NCBI RefSeq assembly: GCF_021869535.1
Contig: NW_026262734.1
Location: 100,626,001 to 100,690,000 of the forward strand
Origin: Mytilus californianus
Lineage: Eukaryota
Reading direction: 5' to 3'
Length of the DNA: 64,000 nt
Position 1 is the first letter of the stretch. Each line of letters begins with the position of its first letter. The notes beneath the pieces are model-generated. The model searched no databases. It worked only from the letters and a program-made list of their open reading frames with translations, and had not been told where the DNA came from. Below are positions 37,138 through 50,064 of the stretch, one piece after another. The position numbers and the translations under genes were made by a program.

Positions 37138-37234
37138 CTTTTCCAAAGTTGATGTACATTATCCAAACACAGAATACAATGAATAAGTAAGGGACTATCA
37201 ACCAACGTTTGTATGCTAGTACCATCAAACTCAT
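37138..37234 (-). pseudogene. Signal-anchor exon paralogous to 30809-30904, apparently with a 1-nt frameshift
   Basis: ttaatttcag|A ATG AGT TTG...AAA CGT TGG TGA. In the shifted frame, VIVPYLFIVFCVWIMYINFGK G|gtgagt. Confidence 0.5.
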
Positions 37235-38584
37235 TCTGAAATTAACAGGTATTTAAATAAATGAATGAATTTAACAGGTATTTTTTTATTTTTTCATTAC
37301 ACTCAGTAGTGTGTTAAAGTAACATTATTAAGCATGTATAGATCTATAATATCATATAACTCTTTCATAAATCATTTTAGATCGGTGCACACATTGCAAA
37401 TGGTTTTATTATTTCATGGGTTATTCTTTCTGTTGTAAAGTTGACAGCTGATTGTAACCCATTGTTTGTTTACACAATACATAGTGCACAAGCTACCTGA
37501 CAAGTTGTTTAAACGAAGAAATCTTTAATATTTTAATTCCTTGCGTTTCGGTTGTTACTAATTTTTGAACTATAAAAATACAACTGCGAATTTAAAAGAT
37601 AGAAGGTTCTACGATAATGAAAATAGAATCCGGATAGGTTTTGGTTTGGGGCGGAGTTCTGGTCTTTTCATTCACTTTTGCAATTCGAAGTTTATCTATA
37701 AAGATTGACGACTAATATAAGACACTAAGTGCACAATCTTTAAAAAATCCTGAATCTTTCTCGACATGCAATTTGTAGATAACTTCATGTATTTATAGTA
37801 TTTAGATTAAAATATTTATTTTAACATTTCTCGACTGCCATATTGATCTCTGTTTCATTTCTTATTAGTCATTAGATTCAATAACAGTCTTATAGATTAT
37901 GCATGTCCCCCCAGTTACAAAATGGACCTTTTATAGATTATTCAGGACCGGATCACCTTTATAGAAACATGTTTTAGGGAGTAAGCTTATAAAATTATAA
38001 AATTTGTAACCATAAAATATATATATTTTTTTGCCTTTGGCAATACTCTTTAATATAAATACATATTATATATGTGTACACAAATATATGTATCTCAATT
38101 TTAGGACAATAAAATTAATTATTGTATCCAATTTTAAATAGTAGGCTGAGGAAGTTAAGAGCGGTGCGGGAACTCAAGGTGGTGTTAAAAATTTAAAATG
38201 ATGGGGGTTTTTAAAGACCTTGACTGGCTGTAAAGCGCTCGCACTGTCGGTATAAGCATAATTTAAAAAATTTAAAGGGAGGAGCACCAACATTAAATAG
38301 GTTGTGGTGATCCTTGACATTGACGATGGACATTGTCATAGTTATAAGTATATCCATAAATACAAAGATATTATATTGTTATTTTAAATACTAGTTACTT
38401 TATTACATAGACAATGTAATCCATAGCCCTTCAATATTATCAAATTGATGATGAAAAAAAAGTTAATGAAATATATCACTTCTTAAATTATTACTCTTAT
38501 CCTCGTGACCTTTCAAATTGAGTACTGACCTTGTGTGTTGTCGAACGTAGACAGAACCAAACAATAAGAAGTAAAGTCACTTAA

Positions 38585-38690
38585 TTGATCTGTGAAATAA
38601 TCCAGCCAGGAAAATAAGTCTGTTGATCTGTGAAATAATCCAGTCAGGAAAATAAATCTGTTTATTTGTGAAATAATTCAGTCAGGAAAA
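38585..38690 (+). repeat. 38-bp tandem repeat x~3
   Basis: TTGATCTGTGAAATAATCCAG(C/T)CAGGAAAATAA... Confidence 0.85.
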
Positions 38691-40009
38691 AGCAATAACG
38701 TCCAGAATTCTGATGAATATAATCTGCTCGTGTTATACTCTATTCTAAAATCTTTCTGTTATTCCTTGATATTTTACAAATTTATGCGTTGTCCTTCAAT
38801 GTTCATGCATGGTCGTAACAAATGAATAAACTATTTAAATGTTCATACATGTATAAACAGGTAAAATTAACACCTATCCATTGATTTTTGGTAATTATTT
38901 AATCAGATATTATACGAAAGCGAACAATTAAAGAGACGTTGATGTCAGTTGTCCGTTACAAAAAGTGAACTCTTAATTAAGGAGACCATGTCATAATGAT
39001 ACGGTACCTTTTGTCATATGCTTTCTTTGTTAATACCGCGTTGACCTATTTAATTTAAAACTGTTTTCACAAGAACGTTTGTATTTGTAATTATTTAAAA
39101 TTGTTTGTTCATTTCCAATCCATTGATAGTCGATGTCCATTTAAACCAATTAAATCACCCAGACAATGGGTAACAGATTAAATTTCAGACAAAACATATT
39201 TATAAGAATGAAATGTTCGTTGAAAACTAAAGGACAAGATTTAAAAATAAAATTTAGAATATCTTTTGTATGTATCAGGTTTTAAATAATGATGATATAT
39301 ACTGAGCTAAAAAAGTTTAGCAACATATTTTTGCCTTTAAAGTTAAAAAAAACTTTGAATTAAACATTTTCAAATTTGTGGAAAAGAACTTTAGAATTGA
39401 GTTTTTGTCGAGTAAAATTGCAACTTATAATTTTTGTTATTACAATAATTTATTTATTGTTAAGTTTTGAAGTATAGTTTGTTCTTGAAAATAAAAAAAA
39501 AATGTGTTGCTAAACTTATTCTACTCAGTATATATCAAAGCTGTAACTGTGAAAATCTCTCCTCAATAATGTATTTTAATATTCTTTCACAAATAAACTG
39601 TACATTATATTACTGTAAATAAATGAATGAACCCCTAATGCGGGACTTTTGTGGTCTTTCGAAATCGCGACTGTTTAGGTATACATCTGTCCGCTGTGCG
39701 TTCTATAGTCAACAAGACATTCGGGATACGGTTTCAATTGGAGATCTGTCAAATGAAAATGCAATTGGCGTTCTTAAATATTTATAGAGGTAAAATAACG
39801 ATTATCAACTGATTGAGACTGATTAAAATTCGATACCATCACTTATTAGATTAGAGACGCATATGTTCAGTTTTTCGAAAAGCTGTGCTTATATTATACA
39901 AGGTTAGAGGCCAATGGAAAATAATTAAAGGCGAAAAAGGAAGAGTTTGTTTTACACACCTATGGTTTAACGAAAAAGAATAAAGCATTTTTTTCCAAAG
40001 TAAGCCATC

Positions 40010-40075
<66 letters not shown>
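40010..40075 (+). repeat. (GA)n microsatellite
   Basis: Direct reading. Confidence 0.98.
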
Positions 40076-40078
<3 letters not shown>

Positions 40079-40237
40079 CAAAACTCATTTAAGACCACAT
40101 ATAAAATTCTGCGTTAATGAAAGATACTAACAAACAAGAAATTTCTTAGTTTGAAATTTCGTTTAGAAAATAGAGTTGATACTTATCATGCCTATAGTGT
40201 AAAAATAGTTCTTCTGTAACTTAGAATACAAATGGAA

Positions 40238-40314
<77 letters not shown>

Positions 40315-40599
40315 TGATATGACGTATAAATGAAGTGTTTTGTACTTCCTAAATTTGTCTTTGAAACAATCTTTTTTCCACAGAAAACGCCAATTTTTGA
40401 GAAAATATCCGATTTCGGAGACCGTTATCGATCCGTGTCTTATACGAAGAAGTTTTTCACAATCTACAGTCTCTAATCTTTCATCTGAAATATTGATATA
40501 TAAACTGTTCCCAGTTGAGTAAAACCTCTGTTTTGAACCGATAATCATTGATTTACATTTTTGGCATTTAGTTTCATGCATTTTTCCAAACACCAGTTT

Positions 40600-41310
40600 T
40601 CAATTATATAAATATCATTTTGAAGTTAGCATTTAACTCATGTACCTTATTACATTTACTATGTAAAGTAGAATCATCTGCATGCAAATCTATTAATGAA
40701 TTTTTCATGTTCAGTGGTAAATCATTGATGTATTAAGTAAATAACAGAGGACCAAGGATAGACCCTTGTGATACACCAGTTTTTATGTATTTAGTATCAG
40801 ACATGACGTTATTGACCTTAACTTGTAGAATTCGTTCAAACAAGTATGACTTAAACCAGTCTAGTGTACAATTTGGAACATTATGATATTAAAAATTTTT
40901 CAATAAAATTATATGATTAACCAATCTAATAGCTTCTTTAAATCTTAAAATATAACTCCGTTTATCTCTCTATTGTCTATATTAACCTTTCATCTACTAA
41001 TTTAGTAAGTGCAGTAGTGCACGCATGCTTAGGTCTGAAACCTGACTGTAGTATTAAGAAGGTCACTACTATTTAATTATATATACAAAATATCAGCGAT
41101 ATGTCGTTCTATGATTTGAAGAGACAAGGCAAAACTGCTATTGGTCTATGATTATCAGGATTACACGCATTATTACTCAGAGTGGAATATGAATTTATGT
41201 TCAACGTCATGTTGAATAGTCTCAACCAATCAAATGTTGGTTTCGATATCAATATTTACATGCAGTGGAATAATACTATTTGTCCATTCCCAACAACTTG
41301 AAAAAGATCG
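40600..41310 (-). mobile_element. Degraded CR1/L2-type LINE reverse transcriptase
   Basis: QSGFRPKHACTTALTKLVD, GVSQGSILGPLLF*YINDLP and HADDST motifs with stops and frameshifts. Confidence 0.85.
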
Positions 41311-43609
41311 GTTAATTGATTGATTATTGATTGCGTAAGGTCCAGTGACAATTATTTGAAGCTTGCTCAATTCACGTAGACCTTTGTAAAATGGAGAAAA
41401 TGGCTAAACATCCACTGATATATATATATATATATATATATTTTAATATCAATTCCGACACAATAAAAACATCTCTCCAACCAAAATGACAGTAGGAAAA
41501 TTTATGGTCATTTTTATTACATTTTATCTTTTACTTTCATTTTTTACTAGCTGAAATAGGCGGTGCAAGACAGTGCATTAACAACTTCTGAGATGGAAGA
41601 TTAAACACTAGTTTAAGCTCCTCCCGTTCTTTGCTATTCCTACGAGAAGTGGACAACGCCGATATTTGATTAAGAGGGTCCAGTTGGCAGAGGCCTAGGG
41701 CGTTTTGGACTTTTTCGTAACATATTAGGCGACACAAAAAACGTTGTATTCATAAGCCATAAATAAGATAACTTCGAAACGAATTATTTTTCTTTGAATT
41801 TAGATCCGTATTCAACACTCTATCTCAAAACAGTATTTTCAAAATTTTGTAATGGACATAAGCTATGCTGCATTGACCAAGTTTTTCCTGCTTCCATCTG
41901 TCTATCAGACAATAATTAAAAAAACAACTCCTTCATTATCTTTTGGTGGATTTCCAAAAAGGATTAGGTATGAAATGTAATATCAAAGTGAGATTTGTTT
42001 AAACAAACGGATTTATGTATAAAGTTGAGGTTTTAAGCTGTTTGTATTTTAAAAGCCTGAATGGAGTTTGTTGCCTGTGTGATAAATAAATTGAGATTAA
42101 AGACCAAACCATTTCAACCAGCATGATTTATTTTTAAACCGGTTTTAGTTCGGGATTAAAAAATAAAAATACAGATTTTGAACTATTTTCAAACTGGCTA
42201 CGAAAACAATTGAAATTTTTAATTTTTAATTCCATTAAACTTTATAAAAACAAAAAGAAAGTGTTTTCACATGAAAATTTCGACTTTAGCAAGGAAGCAA
42301 CCTCTTCATTCAAAAACAGCACATCAGAATGGAACATCTAGTGGTTGCCTCTTATTTGCATGTTATTATCTTTCGGAAACGATTTCTTTATACAGAATTA
42401 TGCCATACATTAAACAGCAGCGACATTAAGAACCCATGTCAGCTTTCTACATTTTAAATAAGGAATGAGGTAAAATCATGCATTTTATATATTAATTCTC
42501 TTATCTTTCAAACCAAAGAGACAATCAGGCTAACGATAGTTTGTTTTAAAGAAAGCAACTTGTTATCGTCTATGTTACAATAACTACAATAACATAGAAG
42601 TTTCATACGATTCCATAACTTTGATTGGCCGATGCATTCCAAATTGAAAGTTAAATTTTATCTCCATATACAATGCAACATCTAAAACTGCACGTGCTAT
42701 CCGTGTCAACGTTATAACAATGCATGCATGCATAGAAGAATAAACGATGGCTTGATTCAGCTCGTAATTTTATGGCTGTAGTATAAAATGTAGTTATAAG
42801 AATTTAATGCTTATTTTTTTAAAATTCTATAGGGTTGTAAAAGCGTTGAACGTGTACACATTTTTAGCAGAAGCGCTTCATATACATGTAAAATGTGCTT
42901 TTGTCATAGCCTATAAGATTACAAAAAGAAGCATTAATTTAAATTCTGTAATGTAATTAGTTTATGACAATATAAAATGCATGTATTCATGTAAAATAAA
43001 TCAGTTATAATTACCTACAATGAAAACAAATCCTAACCGTCCCCCCCCCCCCCAAAAAAAAAAACAAACAAAAAAACAAACCACATAATAATAATGATAC
43101 AAAGGGACATGCGAATTAAAGTAAACGGACAGCAACTAAAGCGTACACACACACATGTAATAGCTTTTCTAAAAACCTAGCTGTCTCTTTATATTTATAT
43201 CAACATTATTATTGATAAAATAAACACGATGAATACGATGTAATGATTTTTTTTGACTGTCTATAGCCAATGATATTAAAAAAATCTTGTGGCGTTACAA
43301 TACAACACAGGAACAAACTAAAAGTCAGCTGGAAAGGGCTTGACTTATGAGGGTGCTATAAAGAACAACTACAAATACCAAAAAGGACAAACTCAAAAAT
43401 ACCGATCTATTAGCACTCGCAGGTACTGATGAGGTAAACATTTGATGAATCTATTTGTAAAAATACCTGTCTAAAATGGAACTGGCCGCACTTGTGTTCA
43501 GTCTTATTATTCAAATGCATGTTGTATTTTATGATAATACATAACATACTAGTATATAAAGGTTAAAACAGAACCCGCGAATGCTGCCACTTACATTTTA
43601 GACAAAAAC

Positions 43610-44190
43610 CGTCTGAAAAGGGACGATTTTCTTATCCCAGACATATAACCTTAGCCGTATTTGGAACAACTTTTTGGAACTTTTGGTCCTCAATGCTCTT
43701 CAACTTTGTATTTGTTTTGGCTTTCGTACTTTTTTGATCTGAGCGTCACTGGTCAGTCTTGTGTGGACGAAACTCGCGTCTTGCGTATTAAATTTTAAAC
43801 CTGGTACCTTTTGTTAGCTATTATTCGTATGTTTCTCTGTCCTATATGTTCTCCCATTTATTTGTATTGTAGTCCTGTCATGTAATGTTGTCATTTTAAT
43901 GTTATATTTAACATTGCTATAAAAGCGGGAGGTTTGGCTAGCCAGAAAACCAGGTTCAACCGACCATTTTTTTCTTAAAATGTCCCGTACCAAGTCAGGA
44001 AAATGGCCATTATTATATTATAGTTCGTTTTTGTGTGTGTTACATTTTAATGTTGTGTTTCTGTTGTGTCGTAGTTCTCCCTTATATTTGATGTGTTTCC
44101 CTCAGATTTAGTTTGTAACCCGGATTTGTTTTTTTCTCAATCTATTTATGAATTTCGAACAGCGGTATACTACTGTTGCCTTTATTTATG
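43610..44190 (+). mobile_element. Family-2 element with degenerate hammerhead (43744-43785)
   Basis: CGTCA-CTGGTCA-GTCTTGTGTGGAC-GAAA-CTCGCG-TC-TTGCG. Another degenerate copy at about 24374-24415. Confidence 0.8.
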
Positions 44191-45424
44191 GCATATTTGA
44201 TAGATTTTTCATATTGAAGCTTGAATTTGAGCGTCTTTAATGACTAAATCAGTCCAAATGTGTTAAATAAACTAATTGAATCGAACGAAGTAGACACTTG
44301 AGTGTTTAAAAATCTTTCATTAGATGAACTTCAAATTTTAGGCCAAAATTAGCCCTTACCGGACCTTCTCCTTTAACAATCTTTATCGTGCTACAACAGT
44401 AATGATATTATGTATGTATGACGTCGTAATTGTGAACACTCACGACAAAAATCATAATTTTGACTTATTTTTGGCTGAATTTTGATGATTTTTGCTTCAG
44501 ATGACATTGGCCACATTCACGGAACATCATAATATTTTGATAGGATGTTTATCTTAGCCATATATAATCCTTTAATAATGCATTTGATTTGGTAGAAGGG
44601 TGTGGACAGCCTTAAAATTGAAGTAAACTGAATATATGACTAAAACTAGTTATATATTATACCTTACTAAGTTGTCAAATTGTCAAAAACAAAAAGCTGA
44701 CAGACAAAAACACGTCCAGTTTATCTAAATAAGCGTATACTGGCTCGTAAATATCGGTCTACAGATTTGACAAATTGATAATTAATTTTTAGGACCAAAT
44801 CAAGGCCGTCGTGGCTCTACACCTTTTCTTGTATCGAAGGTTTATGTATTGATAAACAAAAGACAATGCAGTATCTGCACAAGACAATTTTTAATCAGAG
44901 GATGTTATCGGGTGTTACAAGACGGATACACTAGAGGAATAGGAACTAACATCTGCACAGATCAATCTATATGTATTCAGTCCTTCGAAAATTTGCAAAA
45001 ACCACGGAAATCTAAATAATTCAAATAAATCATCATCCAATTTTAAAGAACTGTCACGGATGATGAACACTATAATGTTTTATATTTAGGCATTAAACAT
45101 GCAAAAACAAAGGCTATACATTTATCTTTGTTGTCTGAATTCATCAACTAAAAATATGAATTGTGTTCTTTGGGGGGGGGGGGGGGGGGACATGAAATAT
45201 TATACTTCATGTCAAAATGCCAGATTTTGATTGGTTAATACGAGGGAGACAATTTACTCTATCCCATGGCAGATACTCTATTACCCTTCACGGAGACGCT
45301 TGCTCAAGTGTGCGCTTTAATAAATACGGATGATTGTTATGTACAAGACGACATAGTTTATGATTACTTTGAATTTGAAATTGAATAGACAGTAATAACA
45401 GAACATTCAGTATAATAAACTAAA

Positions 45425-45557
45425 TAACACATATCTGAGAGGGTGATAGAGCAGATTGTTACCCCTCGAAAAGACATTGTCAACCTTGGCTTCGCCTCAG
45501 TTGACTATGTTTTCTCGGGGTAACAATCTGTTTTATTACCCTCTCAGCTATGTGTTA
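45425..45557. repeat. ~60-bp-arm imperfect palindrome (foldback MITE-like) with GGCTTCGCCTC loop
   Basis: TAACACATATCTGAGAGGGTGAT...GTTGACAATG arms pair across the loop. Confidence 0.8.
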
Positions 45558-46729
45558 TCTATATAGTGTTCTAATAGTTACACAAACTTGACCTCTTGTT
45601 AGTACGAAGGACACTCTCAATGATAAAACAACTTCAACAAAAAGTTTTTTTAAATTGATAGCTTTCTACCTACAGCACTATAATTTATTCAGACATTTCA
45701 GAAAAAAGAATGCAAAGATTTCAACGTTTTTCCATTACACAAATAATTGTGTGTGCTGTCAGTCAATAATGATAAAAAGGTAAAACAAATACTTTAATAC
45801 TGTGGTTTGTGCATTTTGTAATGTTTTTAACCAATGTCGGATTCCTGAATACAGTTTTTTGTAACCATCATTTGCCTCAACTTGATGGCTCAAGTATTTT
45901 TGTAATCTGAATATGGGTCTGAGTGCAAAGTTTGAAATATCGATGCTAAAAATTTAATATACTTTTGGAAAGTCTTAAAACGTTATAATAAGGCTAAATC
46001 TTAAAGAGTTTTTTTTAATGCTCTCTGAGGTATTTTTACATGAAAGGTGCCAATTAACATTTGAAAAGGTGTTGGATGGGAACATCCATTTAGTGCTCTT
46101 CTAATGATAACTGAATTACTTCCCTTAATTTGTGAGGCTATTTTTATGACATGGTTACACTAAAGAACATTTTGGATAAAGTGAGTAACCATTGATTGTC
46201 TTACAATGATTATGTCGTAGGATTTTCTTATTTGCCTCTAAAATGATGGATTCACGTGGAAGCGTTTTGTATCTTATAATTGGACGTTCTTCGAATTATT
46301 TCAGTTATGTCTGGTAAATATACACGGGAATGTTAATAATAGCTTTCATCGCTATAATCTATCTGCAACTATATAACGATAATCATGTTTAAAACAAGGC
46401 ATTCTTAGAACCGTCTTTTCCAGGTGGAATTGCTGTGCGTTTTTATTAACTTCTTAAGAGAAGATGAATATAAAGAGGGTGCTTGAAGAAAATGAGGTTT
46501 CCAACATAAAACCACGGGAAAAGCACACACTGGTCCTTTGCGTCATATGAGGTTAAAGAAAATGATTTTATATAACCTGAGACTTTTAAAAATATAACTA
46601 AATGGAAAGACTAGCAATCATCCATCGAATCACAGAAGAGGATTTGCGTGGCAAAGAATTTATTCTAACTACATTAAGAAAAATATTAAATTCTGAAACA
46701 TAATCCGTTAAAGTTAAAGTATACTTCAT

Positions 46730-48300
46730 TCATTTCCACAAGTAGATTAAATGGTCGTATGATAAATCTGGTTGCAAATTTATTTGCTGCAACCCATATA
46801 ACGCCCTTTTCTCTAATGAGAAAGGTAAATATGCTAGATATAATTAGTGGAGGTGTGATGAGATGATTAAAACACTAAATTTTCTCCTTGACAACATTTA
46901 TGTACGTTTCGGCAACAAAGTTTATCGGCAGGTTGTAGGTATTCCTATGGACACCAAGTGTGCCCCTTTAATATCAGACTTGTTCCTTTACTGTTATGAA
47001 TCACAGATTATGGCCAAACCCAGTAAAGAACCGTCTAAATTCCATTTAATTGATAAATTCAACAACACTTACCGTTATCTTAATGATATTTAACGTTAAG
47101 TAATCAAGAATTCTCTAAATATACTTCTGAAAGTTACCCAAAGGAACTTACTTTAAATAAATCAAATATTAACAGCAATAAATGTCCTTTCCTAGATTTA
47201 GATATTTCAGTATTACACCAGAAACTCTGCAGAAAAATTACGACAAAAGGGATGATTTTTCTTTCCCTATTGGTAATTTTCCCTTTTAGGACGGTGATGT
47301 TCCCTTTGCACCGTCTTACGGTGTTTATATATCCCAAGTCGTTCGCTATGCTCGTGTCTGTAGTGACGTTTTGGATTTCAATGAGCGTAATCTATGTATT
47401 GCATGTACTAGTAAATTATTAAGTCAGGGATTTCGTTACCACAAATTACTTAAAACCTTTACTAAATTCTTCCATAGATACAAAGATTTGGTCTGCAAAT
47501 TTGGCTGTACCTGTAGAAAACTTATTTCAAATGGTATAGCACATCCTAAATTTTACGGTGATGTTGTAACCGAGCCCGGAAATTTAGATACGACCTGGGT
47601 AAACTTATCAATCCTTTAAATAAATTTATTCTAAAAGGTTACCTATTCAACACTGTAATTAAATCTTTGAATTTTGTTTTTATTGGTATACATATTGATT
47701 TTGTTATCAGTAAATTAAAACCATACTAAATATTACACATATTTACCCTGACGGTGCTACAATCTGTAGATAGATCCTATAGTTTGTCATTGCACAAGGT
47801 CGTGTTTTTCTCTGACTGTTAGTGACGTCTTTAATCTAAATCCATTGGATGTTGGATGTGTACTGATTGATATTTTAGTCTTAGATACATGATAATTTTT
47901 TTATTTGTTGTTATTGGCTTTGAACTAGCTGTCAGTAACTGCGAGTACTTTCAGATCTGTACTTACTGTCTTTTTGTTGTGGGGATGTAAAAGTACCCGT
48001 CTACGCCCACTCTGTGTTTTTGTTAGATGTATTTCTATTTGTATCCATCTGATGAGTTAAGCCTTTTTCAACTGATTTTTATAGTTTGTTCTTATGTTTT
48101 ACTGTTACATCACTGTCCCAGGTTAGGGAGAGGGTTGAGCGCTAACAAACCTGTTTAACCCCGCCACATTCTTTATGTGCCTGTCCCAAGCCAGGAGCCT
48201 GTAGTTCAGTGGTTGTCGTTGGTTCATGTCTGTCATATTTGTTTTTTCGTAAATTATTTTGTTATAAATTAAGCCGTTAGTTTCTCAATTGAATTGTTTC
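46730..48300 (+). mobile_element. 5'-truncated Penelope-like retroelement (RT plus 3' UTR), disrupted
   Basis: LNFLLDNIYVRFGNKVYRQVVGIPM(D)TKCAPLISDLFLYCYE, RYLND, SYGVYISQ, LLSQGFRYHKLLKTF. No C-terminal GIY-YIG is visible. Confidence 0.9.
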
Positions 48301-48484
48301 ATATTCTTTTATAGCCGACCATACGGTATGGGTTTTTCTCATTGTTGAAGGCCGTACGGTTGCCTATAATTGCTTACATCCACTTCATTTGAACTTTGAT
48401 GGATAATTGTCTCATTGGCAATCATACCACATCTCTTTATTTTTATATTTTAGTCTAATTCTTGTTTATGCGTATAAAACAACA

Positions 48485-48690
48485 TATGCTGTTGCTGCTC
48501 ACAAGGAAGCTATCAAACCAAGAGTTCCAAGTGGTGAAGTTGAAATCGTCCCTTTGTAAATTTTACAGACGCCATCACGAGTTGGTTGACCGTTATGAAA
48601 TATCCGTTTCACTGATGAAAACAGATATGTTCCAATTGTCGTAACTACAATCCCGTCCACTTTTCCCCAAATGTGACCTTCCGAAATACT
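48485..48690 (+). mobile_element. 3' fragment of a third Penelope-like family
   Basis: LLLTRKLSNQEFQVVKLKSSLCKFYRRHHELVDRY. Related UTR fragment at about 56390-56690. Confidence 0.7.
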
Positions 48691-48696
48691 TATTAA

Positions 48697-50063
48697 TGAA
48701 ATTGAGAATGGAAATGGGGAATGTGTCAAAGAGACAACAACCCGACCAAAGATCAGAAAATAGCCCAAGGCCACCAATGGGTCTTCAACACAGCGAGAAA
48801 ATCCGGCACCCGGAGGCGGGCTGCAGCTGGCCCCTAAACAAAAATGTGTACTAGTTCAGTGAAAATGGACGTCCCACTAAACATCGAAACATATAATAGA
48901 ACTAAAATTAAAAAAAATATATAAGACTTACAAAGGCCAGAGAGGCTCAATCCTTCCCCTATACCTCTAGCCAATGTAGAATAAACAAACACACAGCAAT
49001 ACGCGCAGTAAAACTCGGTTTAAAGAAGTCTGAGTTCGATGTCAGGATAGGTAACAGAAGAAACGAAAAATGACAATGATACATTAATTAACAAAGGACT
49101 ACTAGCAGTTACTGACATGCCAGCTCCAGACCTCAATTAAAGTGATTGGAAGATTATGTCTTCATCATATGAAAATCAAGCACAATCCCTCCCGTTAGGG
49201 GTTTAGTATCATACCATCATAAAATATATGAGAAGAACATGACCCGTATCATGCCAACAACTGGTTTTAGAATAAATGTGTTTATTTCCGATGCAAAGAC
49301 CTTATGAGTGAATCAATATTAATTCCAAAATATGCCATCTTTAGTGACCTGACAACAGTATCATAACTATATCCCTTCTGAATAAGTCTGTTTAAAGGTT
49401 TGGTTAGCTTTTGAAGTGAATGACGACATTTGTGTGCTTTGTAAAGAATATTACGACAAAAGATTGGTTGTGAAATACCTGAACATATAAGATGTCTGCA
49501 TGTTGATTTATATTTACGAATGATGTCCTCGTACCGATAATAGAATTTAGTAAATTTTTTGACTAGTGTGTGATATCGAAAACCTTGGTGTAATAGTTTT
49601 TCAGTAATGTAGAGATTTCTTTTGCTAAAATCAAATATATTGTTACATACACGAGCGAATCGAACAAGTTGAGATATATAAACACCATATGATGGTGACA
49701 ATGGAACGTCGCCATCTTAAATTGAAATAATTAACAATAGGAAATAAATAAATATCATCTCTTTTATCGTAAATTTTGGTATTAAGCTTCCCGTTAAAGA
49801 TATAGATATCAAGATCCAGGAAAGGGCAGTGTTCATTGTCAGTATTAGCTTTATTTAAAGTCAGTTCAGCAGGATAAATCTCTTTAGTGTACATACTGCA
49901 GTCGTCATTATCGAGAGCCAATATATCATCCAAATATCTAAAAGTGTTATTAAATTTTAGTATCAGAAGTTGTTTCGATGAGTCTTTGCTGATTTTAGTC
50001 ATAAATTGTAACTCATAACAATACAGAAACAGGTCCGCAATAAGTGGTGCACAGTTAGTCCCC
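48697..50063 (-). mobile_element. 5'-truncated Penelope-like retroelement (Naiad-like), frameshifted RT, SECIS in 3' UTR
   Basis: GTNCAPLIADLFLYCYE, FRYLDDIL, CPFLDLDI, KIYDKRDD, SYGVYISQLVRFAR, LLHQGFRYH. Stop TAA 49282-49284. Confidence 0.9.
49160..49235 (-). promoter_or_regulatory. Type II SECIS element (selenocysteine insertion sequence)
   Basis: CUUCUCAUAU-AUUUU-AUGAU-GGUAUGAU-ACU-AAA-CCCCU-AACG-GGAGGG-AUUGUGCU-UGAU-UUUC-AUAUGAUGAAG. Helix I, GA quartet, 8-bp helix II, AAA and an apical minihelix are all present. Confidence 0.85.
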
Positions 50064-50064
50064 G

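Noticed and set aside
39851-40081. ORFs with SL/RE runs (also 62888-63204)
   Set aside because: Translations of (GA)n microsatellites.
46820-46850. In-frame stop in the PLE RT (N*W) as a selenocysteine codon
   Set aside because: The codon is TAG, not TGA.
48045-48080. CTGATGAG hammerhead-like start in the PLE 3' UTR
   Set aside because: No GAAA or stem III follows (GTTAAGCCTTTTTCAACTGA).
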